This document shows positions 13,571 to 26,667 of a DNA stretch of 64,000 nt, one piece after another. The notes under the pieces were generated by a model, which was not told the origin of the DNA, did no database searches, and saw only the letters and a list, made by a program, of their open reading frames with translations. The stretch is from Octopus sinensis (taxonomy: Eukaryota): positions 81,468,001 through 81,532,000 of the forward strand of contig NC_043006.1 of the NCBI RefSeq assembly GCF_006345805.1, given 5' to 3'. Both the position numbers and the translations under genes were made by a program. Within the stretch, counting starts at the first letter, position 1, and each line of letters opens with the position of its first letter.

Positions 13571-13619
13571 TAAAATATGTATATACATATATGTATATAT
13601 AATGTATCTGATATGCATT

Positions 13620-13653
<34 letters not shown>

Positions 13654-13736
13654 ATATAGTATATATATATATATATTATATTATATATATATATATTTAT
13701 TATATATATATATATACATTTATATATATATATATT

Positions 13737-13792
<56 letters not shown>

Positions 13793-13841
13793 AATATATA
13801 TATATTTATTTATATTTATTTATTTATTTATATTTATATAT

Positions 13842-14423
13842 GCTGTCCACTGTGGTCTCCCTACACAAAACAAAATATTATGAGAATTGAAGCTCCCCAA
13901 ATGTCAATCACAAAAAAAGATAGATAGCATGTCAGACCTTGACTACTGGGGTAGACTAGAGAAACTGAAGCTGTATTCACTCCAACGACGCCGTGAACGC
14001 TACATTATCTGAATGATGTGGAAAATATTCCATCAGCACTGTCCGAATGATGTTGACATCACCTTCAAAATACATCCAAGGCTTGGACCACGTGCCATCC
14101 GTCCACAACAAAAATCTAAATCGCATCACATAACGACAATACGGCACAATTATTTCACCTCAATTGGACCCGCTCTCTTCAACATTGCACCAGGACACGT
14201 CAAAACAGAAACTGACCACACAAAATTCAAGAAGTCTTTGGACAAATTCCTTCAAACAGTCCCGGACAAACCACCCACACCCGGATATGTCTCGGCAAAT
14301 AATAACTCTCTGCTCGAATGGGCCTCGGTGCCCAAATCCTGAATTGAAAGACTTCGCCAGGTGGTGCTATTAAGTTAGACATGGCCTGGGCCAATACTGG
14401 CCAAAACAAGTTATTCTAAGTTT
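13842..14423 (+). mobile_element. CR1-group LINE 3' end (same family as 47865-50388)
   Basis: CCPLWSPY...LYSLQRRRERY...KFKKSLDKFL. Highly similar to about 49789-50385. Both sides are (TA)n. Confidence 0.85.
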
Positions 14424-14454
<31 letters not shown>

Positions 14455-14466
14455 TATATATATATA

Positions 14467-14840
14467 AATTTAACAATTAAGGATAAATTCTTAATAAGGA
14501 ATCTTAACAAGACATTATCAGGTAGTTAGCGTGAAAAACCTCATAAGAGAAAAAATTCGAAAATAATTTTTTCACTTGAAAATATTTATTTATATTGTAT
14601 AGAGGGCATTATTACACATAAATGCCACACACTAAGAGGGACATAAGTCATTACTACCAACATTTAACTAATCATACCTAATGCAGTCCCCGAAGCAAGA
14701 CATTTAAAAAACTGAATAAATGTCTTGCTTCGGGGACTGCATTAGGTATGATTAGTTAAATTTTGGTAGTAATGACTTATGTCCCTCTTAGTGTGTGCAT
14801 ATATGTGTAATAATGCCCTCTATACATATAAATATATATT
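14467..14840. repeat. Foldback element in (TA)n: ~125-bp inverted arms with a 10-nt loop plus a ~115-bp unpaired tail
   Basis: 14581-14706 is the reverse complement of 14717-14840 (e.g. GCAGTCCCCGAAGCAAGACATTTA / TAAATGTCTTGCTTCGGGGACTGC). Confidence 0.9.
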
Positions 14841-14871
<31 letters not shown>

Positions 14872-14996
14872 CTATATATATATATATATATATAATATAT
14901 ATATGTATATATGTATATATATTTATATATAATATGTATATATGTATATATATTATATATATATATATATATATATTATGTATATATATGTATGTA

Positions 14997-15048
<52 letters not shown>

Positions 15049-15114
15049 GTATGTATATTTATATATATAATATATATATATATATGTATGTATATATATA
15101 TTTATATATATATG

Positions 15115-15173
<59 letters not shown>

Positions 15174-15197
15174 ATATATATGTATATATATATGTGT

Positions 15198-15234
<37 letters not shown>

Positions 15235-15318
15235 GTTCAAAAGACTGAGACATGTTGAAGGAACAAGCAAGATTTAAGCAGGTGTGTTATTTTAACAGTA
15301 AGGAATAATGGAAAAAGT

Positions 15319-15354
15319 CTTTTATGTTTCGAGCCTACGCTCATCTACAGAAAG
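15319..15354 (-). ncRNA. Degenerate Penelope-type hammerhead ribozyme motif
   Basis: Minus strand reads CTTT-CTGTAGA-T-GAGC GTAG GCTC-GAAAC-ATA-AAAG. Stems I and II pair, but the core has A6->U and stem III is damaged. Confidence 0.4.
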
Positions 15355-16040
15355 GGGAGAAGAAAGATCGGGAGGGGAAACAAACGGAAAGAAAGAAGAC
15401 ATGTCTTGATGACACCTGCACACGTTGAATTGACCGGAAGGAAGGAAGGAAGGAAAGAAGGAAGTGGTTGGAGACGTGAGTGACAAGGGAGACAACAGTG
15501 ATCTAACTAAACTGTGTGTGCGCAAGCATGTGTGTATATGTAAGTGTATGTATGTGTATATACGGCAGCGCGCGTGTATATGCGTGTGTGTGTATGTGAA
15601 TGAACAAGCCCGTGTGCATGTGCAGATCGATCTATGCGTGTTTACCCTGAGTATTTATGTGAGTGTATGTGTGTGTGTGTGTATGGACATATGTATACGT
15701 CTGAGTGTGTGAGGCTGTCTAACATATGTGTGTAAGGCTAGTTGACGTGTACGTACGTTGTAGATGGATGGATGTGAGTCGACCTGGACGAAGGTGTCAG
15801 GTGAAATAGAAGTGACAACGGAGGTAAGTGATGAGACGTGTGGATGTGTGACAATGTACGTCTGGGAAGGAAGTGGGAACACGTAGAGTAGCAAGGAAAC
15901 TGAAAGTCCTCTCTATCATACATACACATATTTGTGCGTGTGTGCGCCGGCGCACGTGTGTCCAACACTGTTTAATAGGACTGCAAATTATATTCAAATA
16001 TGTAACGAAATGGCTTTCCGCTTATCTTATATACTTGAAT

Positions 16041-16425
16041 GGAGGCGCAATGGCCCAGTGGTTAGGGCAGCGGACTCGCGGTCATAGGATCGCGGTTTCG
16101 ATTCCCAGACCGGGCGTTGTGAGTGTTTATTGAGCGAAAACACCTAGAGCTCCACCAGGCTCCGGCAGGGGATGGTGGTGATCCCTGCTGTACTCTATCA
16201 CCATAACTTTCTCTCACTCTTACTTCCTGTTTCTGTTGTACCTGTATTTCAAAGGGCCGGCCTTGTCACACTCTGTGTCACACTGAATATCCCCGAGAAC
16301 TACGTTAAGAGTACACGTGTCTGTGGAGTGCTCAGCCACTTACACGTTAATTTCACGAGCAGGCTGTTCCGTTGATTCGGATCAACCGGAACCCTCGTCG
16401 TCGTAACCGACGGAGTGCTTCTATC
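16041..16425 (+). mobile_element. SINE family D, tail type 1
   Basis: A-box TGGCCCAGTGG and B-box GTTTCGATTCC; head shared with 36527 and 56218. Imperfect TSD ATAYTTGAAT. Confidence 0.85.
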
Positions 16426-16427
16426 CA

Positions 16428-18222
16428 TATTTGAATATAATTTGCAGTCCTTGGGCGTTTTTCTTACGCATTCTGCAACTGGTATAAATTGTTATTTTTT
16501 AATAATAAGTTTTAACCTTAGTACTTATATTTTTAAATATAATTCACTGCTGATTTATTTTCTGGCTTGGAGCGTTGGTTGAAGACATTTGAATTGAACT
16601 CTCGATGTATAATAGTGGAACTCTATACGCACGTGTCTTTTAACTGTGATGGTATGTATTCAAGTTCTGGCAGAAACGTTAGCACGCCGGGCAAAATGTT
16701 TAGCAGTATTTCGTCTGCCGCAACGTTCTGAGTTCAAATTCCGCCGAGGTCGACTTTGCCTTTAAGTACCAGTTACGCACTGGGGTCGATGTAATCGACT
16801 TAATCTGTTTGTCTGTCCTTGTTTGTCCTCCCTGTGTTGAGCCCCTTGTGGGTAGTAAGAAATAGGTATTTCGTCTGCCATTACGTTCTGAGTTCAAATT
16901 CCGCCGAGGTCGACTTTGCCTTCATCCTTTCGTGGCCGATTAAGTAGTACCAGTTACGCACTGGGATCGATATAATCGACTTAATCCGTTTGTCTGTCCT
17001 TGTTTGTCCTCTCTGTGTTTAGCCCCTTGTGGGTAGTAAAGAAATAGGTATGTATTCGAGTTCTATTATTATGTGTCCCCAGCAGATTCCATTGAAAATC
17101 CACGGATAGCTGTTTAATTATTAATGGTGAAATTTCGAGGTCTGGAATTGACTGGTCTTGATATATCTTTTCATGGTGTTTTGCACGAGTGCATCCAGTG
17201 AGAACGCATTTTCGTGGTTAGACGATTTGGTATCATCCTTGTGTCTTTCCTCTTACCTTATATATTTATATATTTGAATATAATTTGCCATCCTTGGACT
17301 CTTTTTTTACGCATGCTGGCAACTGGTATAATTGTTATTTTTTAATAATAAGTTTTAACCTTAGTACTTATATTTTTAAATATAATTCACTGCTGATTTA
17401 TTTTCTGGCTTGGAGCGCTGGTTGAAGACATTTGAATTGAACTCTCGATGTATAATAGTGGAACTCTATACGCACGTGTCTTTTAACTGTGATGGTAGTA
17501 TTCAAGTTCTGGCAGAACCGTTAGCACGCCGGGCAAAATGTTTAGCAGTATTTCGTCTGCCGCAACGTTCTGAGTTCAAATTCCGCCGAGGTCGACTTTG
17601 CCTTTAAGTACCAGTTACGCACTGGGGTCGATGTAATCGACTTAATCTGTTTGTCTGTCCTTGTTTGTCCTCCCTGTGTTGAGCCCCTTGTGGGTAGTAA
17701 AGAAATAGGTAATTCGTCTGCCATTACGTTCTGAGTTCAAATTCCGCCGAGGTCGACTTTGCCTTTCATCCTTTCGTGGCCGATTAAGTAAGTACCAGTT
17801 ACGCACTGGGATCGATATAATCGACTTAATCCGTTTGTCTGTCCTTGTTTGTCCTCTCTGTGTTTAGCCCCTTGTGGGTAGTAAAGAAATAGGTATGTAT
17901 TCGAGTTCTATTATTATGTGTCCCCAGCAGATTCCATTGAAAATCCACGGATAGCTGTTTAATTATTAATGGTGAAATTTCGAGGTCTGGAATTGACTGG
18001 TCTTGATATATCTTTTCATGGTGTTTTGCACGAGTGCATCCAGTGAGAACGCATTTTCGTGGTTAGACGATTTGGTATCATCCTTGTGTCTTTCCTCTTA
18101 CCTTATATATTTATATATTTGAATATAATTTGCCATCCTTGGACTCTTTTTTTACGCATGCTGGCCACTGATATAAATTGTTATTTTTAATGATAATTTT
18201 TAACCTTAATAATTATATATTA
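16428..18222 (+). repeat. Tandem duplication, period about 842 bp (two units plus a partial third), each unit with a dimeric SINE A
   Basis: Identical ORF ends at 16700 and 17542. SINE A at 16669-17046 has an 18-bp TSD GGTATGTATTCRAGTTCT; the second copy is at 17511-17891. Confidence 0.9.
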
Positions 18223-18225
18223 TAC

Positions 18226-18526
18226 GGCGCAGGAATGGCTGTGTGGTAAGTACCTTGCTTACCAATCACATGGTTCTTGGATCAGTCCCACTGCGTGGCA
18301 CCTTGGGCAAGGGCCGACAAAGCGTTGTGAGGGGATTTAGTAGACGAAAACTGAAAGAAGCCTGTCGTATATATATATATATTTGTGTGTGTGTGTGTGT
18401 GTATTTGTGTGTCTGTGTGTGTCCCGTCAACAGCGCTTGACAACCGATGCTGGTGTGTTTACGTCCCCGTAACTTAGCAGTTCGGCAAAAGTGACCGATA
18501 GAATACGTACTAGGCTTACAAAGAAT
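18226..18526 (+). mobile_element. SINE family B (tRNA-like head, CORE-like ACCTTGGGCAAG, internal TA/TG microsatellite)
   Basis: Matches the other family B copies; 3'-truncated. Confidence 0.85.
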
Positions 18527-18632
18527 ATCTACCACCACCGATTGGACAACCGTTGATAGTCTGTTTACCTTCCCGTAACTTAATAGTTCGGCAAAAGATG
18601 AATGGATGGATGGATGGATGAATGGAAGTTTG

Positions 18633-18665
<33 letters not shown>

Positions 18666-19177
18666 GATGATGGATGGATGGATGGATGGATGGATGGATG
18701 GATGGATGGATGGATGGATGGTTGGATGGCTCTAAGTGTTCGAGTATCTGTATCTACGCTCCCAAAATTCAAGCCTCGTTCAGGTTTGTTTCGGCTTTCA
18801 CTTTTCTGCTGTCAATGAAATATACTACAGGTCAAACACTAGGCATCATCTAATCCACTTCCGGTCTAGCTCACATTCAGTGAATGAATACCATACAAGA
18901 GTGGCCAATTCTTCGCCTAACCGTGGGGCTCCGAGCGCGTGAGATGTAAAACATTGCTTAGAAGAGACTAGCGTCGCATGAATATTGTTTATTTCTAAAA
19001 TTGCCAGCATCAAACAGTACACAAACATATGCACATCCACGCATGCGCGCCATACACATATACACATCTTAGCATTCACTCATATGTTCACCACTCGTAC
19101 ACGCGCGAACAAACACACACACTTACACAGATATACACTCATATACTTGCGTTCGTTCACATGCATATATACACATG

Positions 19178-19419
19178 CTCTCTTTCTTCCTTTCTCTCTC
19201 TCTCTTTCTCTCTTCTCTTCTCTCCTCCTCTCTCTCTCTCGTCTTCCTCTCTCCTCTCTCTTCTTTCTCTCCTCTCTCTTTCTCTCTCTCGTTCTCTCTC
19301 TTTCTCTCTCTTCTCTTTCTCTCTCACCTCCTCCTCCTCTCTTCTCATCTCTTTCTCCTTTCTTATTCCTCTCTCTCTTTCACTCTCTCCCTCTCTTTCT
19401 ATGTATGCATGTATATATG

Positions 19420-19453
<34 letters not shown>

Positions 19454-19975
19454 TGTATGTATGTATGTATGTATGTATGTATGTATCTATCTATCTATCT
19501 ATCTGTGTTTCATTCTATCTATTTATCTGTCTCTCTATCCATCTTTCTTTCTCTCTACTTCCCTCTCTGTATCTATCTATCTATTTATCTATCCCCCTCT
19601 CTCACTATCTTTTTTCTTCTATCTATCTGTCTGTTTATCTGTCTGTTTGTCTGCCTGACTGTCTGTGTTTCTTTCTCTATTTGTTCTCTCTCTCTCCCTG
19701 TCTATCTAATCTATCTATCATCTTCTATCTATCTATCTATCTATCTTCTATCTATCTATCTATCTACCAATCCATCTGTCTATCTATCTATCTATCTATC
19801 TATCTATCATCTATCTATCTCTATCTATCTATCTATCTATCTATCTATATCGATCTATATATATAATATATATATATATATATTATATATATATATATAT
19901 ATCTACCATCCACCTAATCCTCTCTATCTATCTATCTATCTTCTATCTGTCGGTCTGTCTGTCTGTCTATCTCTA
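19178..19975. repeat. Compound microsatellite (CT)n/(TATG)n/(TATC)n/(TA)n
   Basis: Directly visible. Confidence 0.95.
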
Positions 19976-20329
19976 AAAGTAAAGCCAGGAAAGGATTAAC
20001 GCAAAAGACAAGAGATAGTAGTCTGTTTGCCTGCGTACAATCTATGTTTGTATTTGTTGGTTGAGTGACAAAATACAGTTCTCATTGAATCTTAACGTAA
20101 CACTCTCTCTTACTACTTCCATAATGCAAAAGAAAAAAAAAAGGAAAAAAAGAAGCATCAAAAAACGTCGATAACAAAAACAAAACAGAAATTAAATGCA
20201 TAAATAAATCAATGTGTAATACAAATATTTCATCGTAAGAAACGGGGTTGAGAGCCGCGGCTATTTCATTGACGTCATAAGCAAAGGCGATTTAGCGGAA
20301 GTCTTCATTCTTGATATCGACATTAAATA

Positions 20330-20365
20330 GCAGCAACATCACTATCGATAACAACAACAGCAGCA

Positions 20366-20422
<57 letters not shown>

Positions 20423-20702
20423 GTAACAAGAACAACAGCTGCAATAGCAGCAGAAACAATAACAGCAGCAATGATGATAATGTCATTCGTAGTGATGCTA
20501 TTCACCATCTCCATATACGTTTGTGCGTACAATAACGAAGAGACACATTTATTCAGGCAAACATACGCATACACACACACACACACAAACATACTGACAC
20601 ACACACTAACACACATACACACACATACACCATATACACATAAATACATGCGCTCTCACTCACACATATTCAAACTATATATGTATGTATGTATGTTTGT
20701 AT

Positions 20703-20737
<35 letters not shown>

Positions 20738-21320
20738 TGCTGCTGAGCATACAGATCCATTCAAATAAACATGCTATGTATAGACATGAGATGAGATAAG
20801 ATGAGATGAGATGAGATTGCAGATAAAATCCAGATCTGGATCAAGATTTGGATATTTGAAAAACAAAAACACGAACGTTACCGCCATTGCCACTACCACC
20901 ACTACCACTACCACCACCACCGCCGCTGCCGCCATTAATAATAATAATAATAATTAGAAGAAGAAGAAGACGAAGAAGAAGAAGAAGAAGAAGAAGAAGA
21001 AGAAGAAGAAGAAGAGAAGAAGAAGAAGGGGGTAGGAGGAAGAGAGGAACGGGAAGAGGAAGAAGAAGAACAAGAAGAAGAAGAAGAAGAAGAAGCAGAA
21101 GAAGAAGAACAACAACAACAACAATAACGACAACAACGGCAGCAACAATAAAAACAACAATAATTTGAACTGAAAACGAACTGACAGACGAAGTACTGCA
21201 AAACAATTTGCTCGGTGTGCTAACGATTCTGCTAATATAATAATAATAATAATAACAACAACAATAATAATAATTATAATAATAATTTTTATAATAGTAA
21301 TAATAACAATAACAATAATA
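20330..21320. repeat. Trinucleotide repeat cluster (CAG/CAA, CCA, TAA, GAA) plus CA/TA and GAGAT repeats
   Basis: Directly visible. Confidence 0.95.
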
Positions 21321-21321
21321 G

Positions 21322-21577
21322 TACTCTTTTACTCTTTATTCTTGTTTCAGTCATGTGACTGTGGCCATGTAGGAGCACCGCCTTTGGTCGAGCAAATCGA
21401 CCCCAGGACTTATTCTTTGTAAGCCTAGTACTTATTTTATCGGTCCCTCTTGCCGAACCGCTAAGTTACGGGGACGTAAACACACCAGCATCGCTTGTCA
21501 AGCGCAGTTGGGGGGACAAACGCAGACACACAAACATATATACACATACATACATACATGCATATATGCATATATAT

Positions 21578-21627
<50 letters not shown>

Positions 21628-21797
21628 CATACATATATACGACGGGCTTCTTTCAGTTTCTGTCTACCAAATCCACTCCCAAGGCTTTGGTTGGCCCGAG
21701 GCTATAGTAGAAGACACTTGCCCAAGGTGCCACGCAGTCGCACTGAACCCGGAACCATGTGGTTCGTAAGCAAACTACTTACCACACAGCCACTCCT
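21322..21797 (-). mobile_element. SINE family B
   Basis: Near full-length copy from the tail TACTCTTTTACTC to the head ...CACACAGCCACTCCT. Confidence 0.9.
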
Positions 21798-21929
21798 AGG
21801 CAATAATAATAATAATAATAATAATATAATAATAATAATAATAATGGGGATGCTGATGTTGACGATGACGACGGCAATGAATATTATTTGTATTATTGGC
21901 CATAAGGGTGGTAGTTGAAAGAGAGATTA

Positions 21930-22196
21930 AAATAAATATATAAATGCTCCCTTTTAAAACCTAGCCAGGTTCATGGACCCGGTTTCCCGGTTTCTATGGC
22001 GTACGTGTTCCCCAGATGGACGGGACGCCAGGCCATCCTAGCGTTACTTATTTTTGCAAGCTGAGTGGACTGGAGCAACGTGAAATGAAGTGTTTTGATC
22101 AAGAAAACAACGCGTGCGTCGGCCGCTCCAGGAATCGAAACCACAATCTTACGATCATGATGCTGACACCCTAACCCCTCAGCCACACACCTCCAC
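21930..22196 (-). mobile_element. SINE family C
   Basis: 14-bp TSD TGAAAGAGAGATTA at 21916-21929 and 22197-22210. Confidence 0.9.
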
Positions 22197-22371
22197 TGAA
22201 AGAGAGATTAGTGAAGCAGATTGTGGAAATTTACTTTGGTTTCAGAAAGTTAAGGGGAAAAAATTAGACAAGTTGAGGCACGCAGTACAGAATAGAAATG
22301 CATGGTAGTCACCATGGGGGAGGACCTGCTTTAAGGGCCAGTCAAAGAACCCTACATATCAATCACCGCCT

Positions 22372-22790
22372 AAACTTGTGTCAGTCATTAGACAGCGGCC
22401 ATACTGGGGCACCGTCTTGACTTTTCAGGCGAAAGGAATTAATCCCACTACGTTATTTTAACGCCAGGTGCTTATTCTATCGATCTCTTTTGCCAAACCG
22501 CTAAGTTACAGGGACATAAACGAACCAACACTTGTTGTCAAGCGATGGCGGAGGACGAAACCCAGCTTCAAAGGCACACGCACCCACACACCCACTCACA
22601 TCCACTCACACGCAGACGCGCGCGCATATACATACAACGGGATTTTTTCCAGTTTCCCTCTAGGAAATATATTCACAAAATATTGGTCGATTCGAGGCTA
22701 TAGTACGAGACACTCGCCAAAGGTGCCACTTAGTAGAACCGAACCAAAAACCATATGCTTGAGAAGCAAGCTTCTTACTACACGACCATA
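22372..22790 (-). mobile_element. Diverged SINE family B
   Basis: Recognisable family B tail, microsatellite and head. Confidence 0.75.
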
Positions 22791-24211
22791 AAGTTGTTGT
22801 TTTTTTTTTTTTTTGTTTTTTCATTTCATCTACCTGACCTGCAGGTGAATTAAGGGTTTTCTAACAGGTACAAGACTGTAAATTAATAGAAACTAGTTGA
22901 TGAAAACAACCACTGTTCTCATACATACAATAGGGTTGTTACAAAAGGGATGCAAAACATGTTGATGTTCAACAAAGTTTCTGAAAAAAATACAAACTTT
23001 ACATATTATATTAAGGTATTGTAAAAGAATTTAAAATTACGCCAAATGATTATAGAAAATAATTTGGTGATTATCAAAAATACTGACATAATTAATAATC
23101 GATATTTCAAAGAAACATTAAAACAAATAGAGCAGGTCGACCATACATGATTAAGAAAGCGTTATGTAGGTTGGATGAAGGCTCATCACAACACTGGTTA
23201 CATCTGATTCTATGCACATGTCTTAGTACTGAAAATGCTCACACCAGGCGCGCCCAGAAGCAGGTCAGGTGTCAGACTGCCAGTATCGTCTTGCTAGCAC
23301 GCTTCCCTTTCAATGTTGTTTATACATTACAATTATGTTTCCATGAACAAAAACCTTCTCAATTCCGCTCATGTCGTTCATAATGTTCATAAAATCTATT
23401 AGAATTTTAATGTATTTTTTCATCACTCAAAATTCCCTTTTTGTAATGAAGAGAGGGAGTTCTTGGTGCTGGTTTCTTTCAAAAGCAGCATGATCCTCTT
23501 CGCTCACTCTGCAAGAATTTTCCTTCTGCCAATTTTAACTTTTGGATTCTTTCTCCTTTCCTCTCTATTAATACTCCATATTTTTTCATTTTCCATCTCC
23601 TTCCCAATGTTTCAAGACAGTAGAACAGCAGTTTTAAACGATAGGTTTCCTGTTCATCGTCTCCTGTGACTGAGAATGATGCATTCTCCTCCACTTTATC
23701 GAGAGCTGTGACCAGTAGAGCACTGAGGACAATAGCTTTTGTGACTAGTTAATTTTGCTCAAATGTTCTCGTGTCCGTCTTTCGGCTTCCTCCTAACAGA
23801 AAGCACTCGTGGCCTTTACTACCACAATAGTAGCAGCCATACCTTCTGCTTCTGGCCCTTACTACTACACGTGTACCAGCCATACCTTCTGTCTTGCCTC
23901 AGCAGACTCACGGCCTTTCCTTTCGTTCCCACAACAGAGCGCAGGTCCAGGTACTTCTGTGATTTTCCGTTGCCAGGAGGTCTTGTATCGCTATAGATAC
24001 CCAGCAAGCATGCAAATCATTCAGTCCTCATTACTTGTCGCACTGTGCTTTAGAGGTAACGTCAAGCCAAGGGTCTGTGGTATTTCTAACATCTTTCAAT
24101 ATGATTATCGAATTAAGAATCACATTATGAATATTGTTAGAATAATATATTGGCAGCAATTTGACGTAACAGCGCGGCTTGCTTCTTTGTTTGGCCCTAA
24201 TTTCAAACTCA

Positions 24212-24616
24212 TTAAGGCGGTGAGCTGGCAGAATCGTTAGCACGCCGGGCGAAATGCTTACCGGTATTTCGTCTGACGTTACGTTCTGAGATCAAATCCC
24301 GCCCAGGTCGACTTTGCCTTTCATCCTTTCGGAGTCGATTAAATAAGTACCAGTTACGCACTGGGATCGATATAATCGATTTAATCCCTTTGTTTCTCCT
24401 CTGTGTTTAGCCCCTTGTGGGTAGTAAAGAAATAGGTATTTTGTCTGCCGTTACGTTCTGAGTTCAAATTCCGCCGAGGTCGACTTTGCCTTTCATTCTT
24501 TCGGGGTCGATAAATTAAGTACCAGTTACGCACTGAGGTCGATATAATCGACTTAATCCCTTTCTCTGTCCTTGTTTGTTCCCTGTATGTTTAGCCCCTT
24601 GTGGGCAATAAAGAAA
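24212..24616 (+). mobile_element. Dimeric SINE family A
   Basis: One head and two tandem bodies. 14-bp TSD TAATTTCAAACTCA at 24198-24211 and 24617-24630. Confidence 0.9.
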
Positions 24617-24974
24617 TAATTTCAAACTCACTGCATGTTGTTCTTTTAAGCTTCTGCCGACTTACAGAGAATATACACCCTGAAAGTTACCTACCTCTAA
24701 TAGTTCTTCTGGGAATGCAAGCGAACTTACACTTTTTGAAGACGCCAAAGTAAGTAACTATGTTTTCCTGTTATTAGACAAACAACTCCGGCAAAGACAC
24801 GCCCTTCTTGATATAAAACTCTGCCAAGTAGATCTCTTTTCGGTCATTCGGTTCATGTTTAGTATCTGTCTGTTGTTGGAGGCACTGAGATAGGATAAGA
24901 AGCTGTAATTGTTTTCGCTCACCGGTTTATTTGGCTTCAGAATGTTTGTTTGTGAGTGATCATGTGTGTGAGTA

Positions 24975-25020
<46 letters not shown>

Positions 25021-25223
25021 CGCGCACATTATTGTTGTTTGTCTTATCGTTGTGACATTTCAAGTTACTAGAACTGTTTACTGTCAAAAAGTCATTTTAT
25101 CGTTGTAAAATTTTTACATCTTGTTATACATCTTTTACATACATTTTTTTCGTTGTTTCCTTTGTTTTTGTACCGTTTCATCCAATTTCTCGGTGGGTAC
25201 ACACACACTCTTTCTCTTTCTCA

Positions 25224-25261
<38 letters not shown>

Positions 25262-25651
25262 ATATCTCTCTCGCTCTGGTTAGTGATTATCTTATGATGA
25301 TGCAAACACAATAGAAATATTTCTAGAAGTGTCCGAAAATGACAAACTTTACTGTTCTACAGGTAAAGGTGAGATATCCTTAAACGTTTCAGGAGGGTTA
25401 TATAACGAAAACATGTAGAAAGAATATATTTTCTTTCTTCATGCTTGTTTAGGAAAAAAAAGGAAAAATATAATTATTTGCCGTACCTTTATAGACATTA
25501 AGCAATGCAAATAATTCTTCCCCCTTTTCTCTGTCACATGACTTTGTAAATGGACTGTTTGGCGTGATAACCAATGTAGGCAGTGAGTTTATCTGCCCTA
25601 GGTGTTGGCAAGAAATGGAAACAGAACTGGAAGAAGATAATAATAGTAGTA

Positions 25652-25694
<43 letters not shown>

Positions 25695-25695
25695 T

Positions 25696-26253
25696 AATGC
25701 CCTGATGCAGTATCAGGCAGTGGCTCTCATGGCTTCTGATCTTAACTGATTGGAAGTGTTATCATGTACATTGTTTTGTATTGGTATAAAAGATGGGCTA
25801 CAGTAAATATTCTGCTCAATACTACAGATTTGCTTGTCAGTTGTTTGACCTTAACCAGTTGAGCATGTCCCTTAGTAGCTGACGATATGTGCATCTCTGA
25901 TCACGAGCAGATGTGGTGGGGGAGCATCATAGCCATGTGTTGAGAGGGATTCTTTGGGGGCTGAATCATTCACCTCTAGAAACATGGGTGTTTTGTTGAA
26001 TATCCTTAAACAACCCTTATTCAGGGACATTTTGAGCGGGATGGGCTACTCAACCTGAAGAAAATTCTAACTGGGCCCCACCTGCAAGGTCATGTGCTGT
26101 TTATCTTGATATGGGATCACCATGTCACGCATATATGGTTGTGATGCATGTACCTGGTGTACCCTTATCAGACGGGTAGTCATGATGGGTATATTGGGCT
26201 TCGTATATTTTACCCCAGTGTCACTTTCATGACATGAACTGCTCTCTCACTCA
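25696..26253. mobile_element. Non-coding ~560-bp interspersed element embedded in (TAA)n (copy 1)
   Basis: A diverged second copy with the same termini lies at 26668-27180. (TAA)n on both sides; no ORF, TIR or tRNA head seen. Confidence 0.75.
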
Positions 26254-26548
26254 ATAATGATAATAATAATAATAATAACAATAATAATAATAATAATAAT
26301 AATAATGATGATGATGATAATAATGATAATATTCTGATTTTGGCACAGGGCCACCAATTTTTGGGTGGGTGTGTTATTCAATTACATCGACCCTGTGCTC
26401 AATTGGTACTTCATTTATCGATACCAAAAGGATGAAAATCGACCTTGGTGGGATTTGGAATCAGAGCGTTAGGAATCGAAGAACATATTGCTAAGCATTT
26501 CTACCTACGCTCTAATGAATCTCATAGCTCATCCCTTTAATAATAATA

Positions 26549-26601
<53 letters not shown>

Positions 26602-26667
26602 GGTGGTGGTGGTGGTGGTTGTGGTGGTGGTGGTGGTGGTGGTGGTGGTGGTGGTGATAAAAATAAC

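Larger units (their letters stand above)
12955..15232. repeat. Long degenerate (TA)n/(TG)n microsatellite field with embedded elements
   Basis: Directly visible; it is the source of the YI-rich pseudo-ORFs. Confidence 0.95.

Noticed and set aside
16041-16115. Genuine tRNA genes at SINE heads (also 11181, 36527, 56218, 58622)
   Set aside because: A and B boxes are present but there is no clean cloverleaf, and the full-length copies continue into SINE bodies, several with TSDs.
13314-19999. Long ORFs rich in YI, CV, LSIY or SL (e.g. 189, 293 and 274 aa)
   Set aside because: They are translations of dinucleotide and tetranucleotide microsatellites that lack stop codons, not genes.
20292-21206. 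Poly-Q/N/S/R/L ORFs
   Set aside because: Pure trinucleotide repeats with no flanking complex coding sequence or supportable splice structure.
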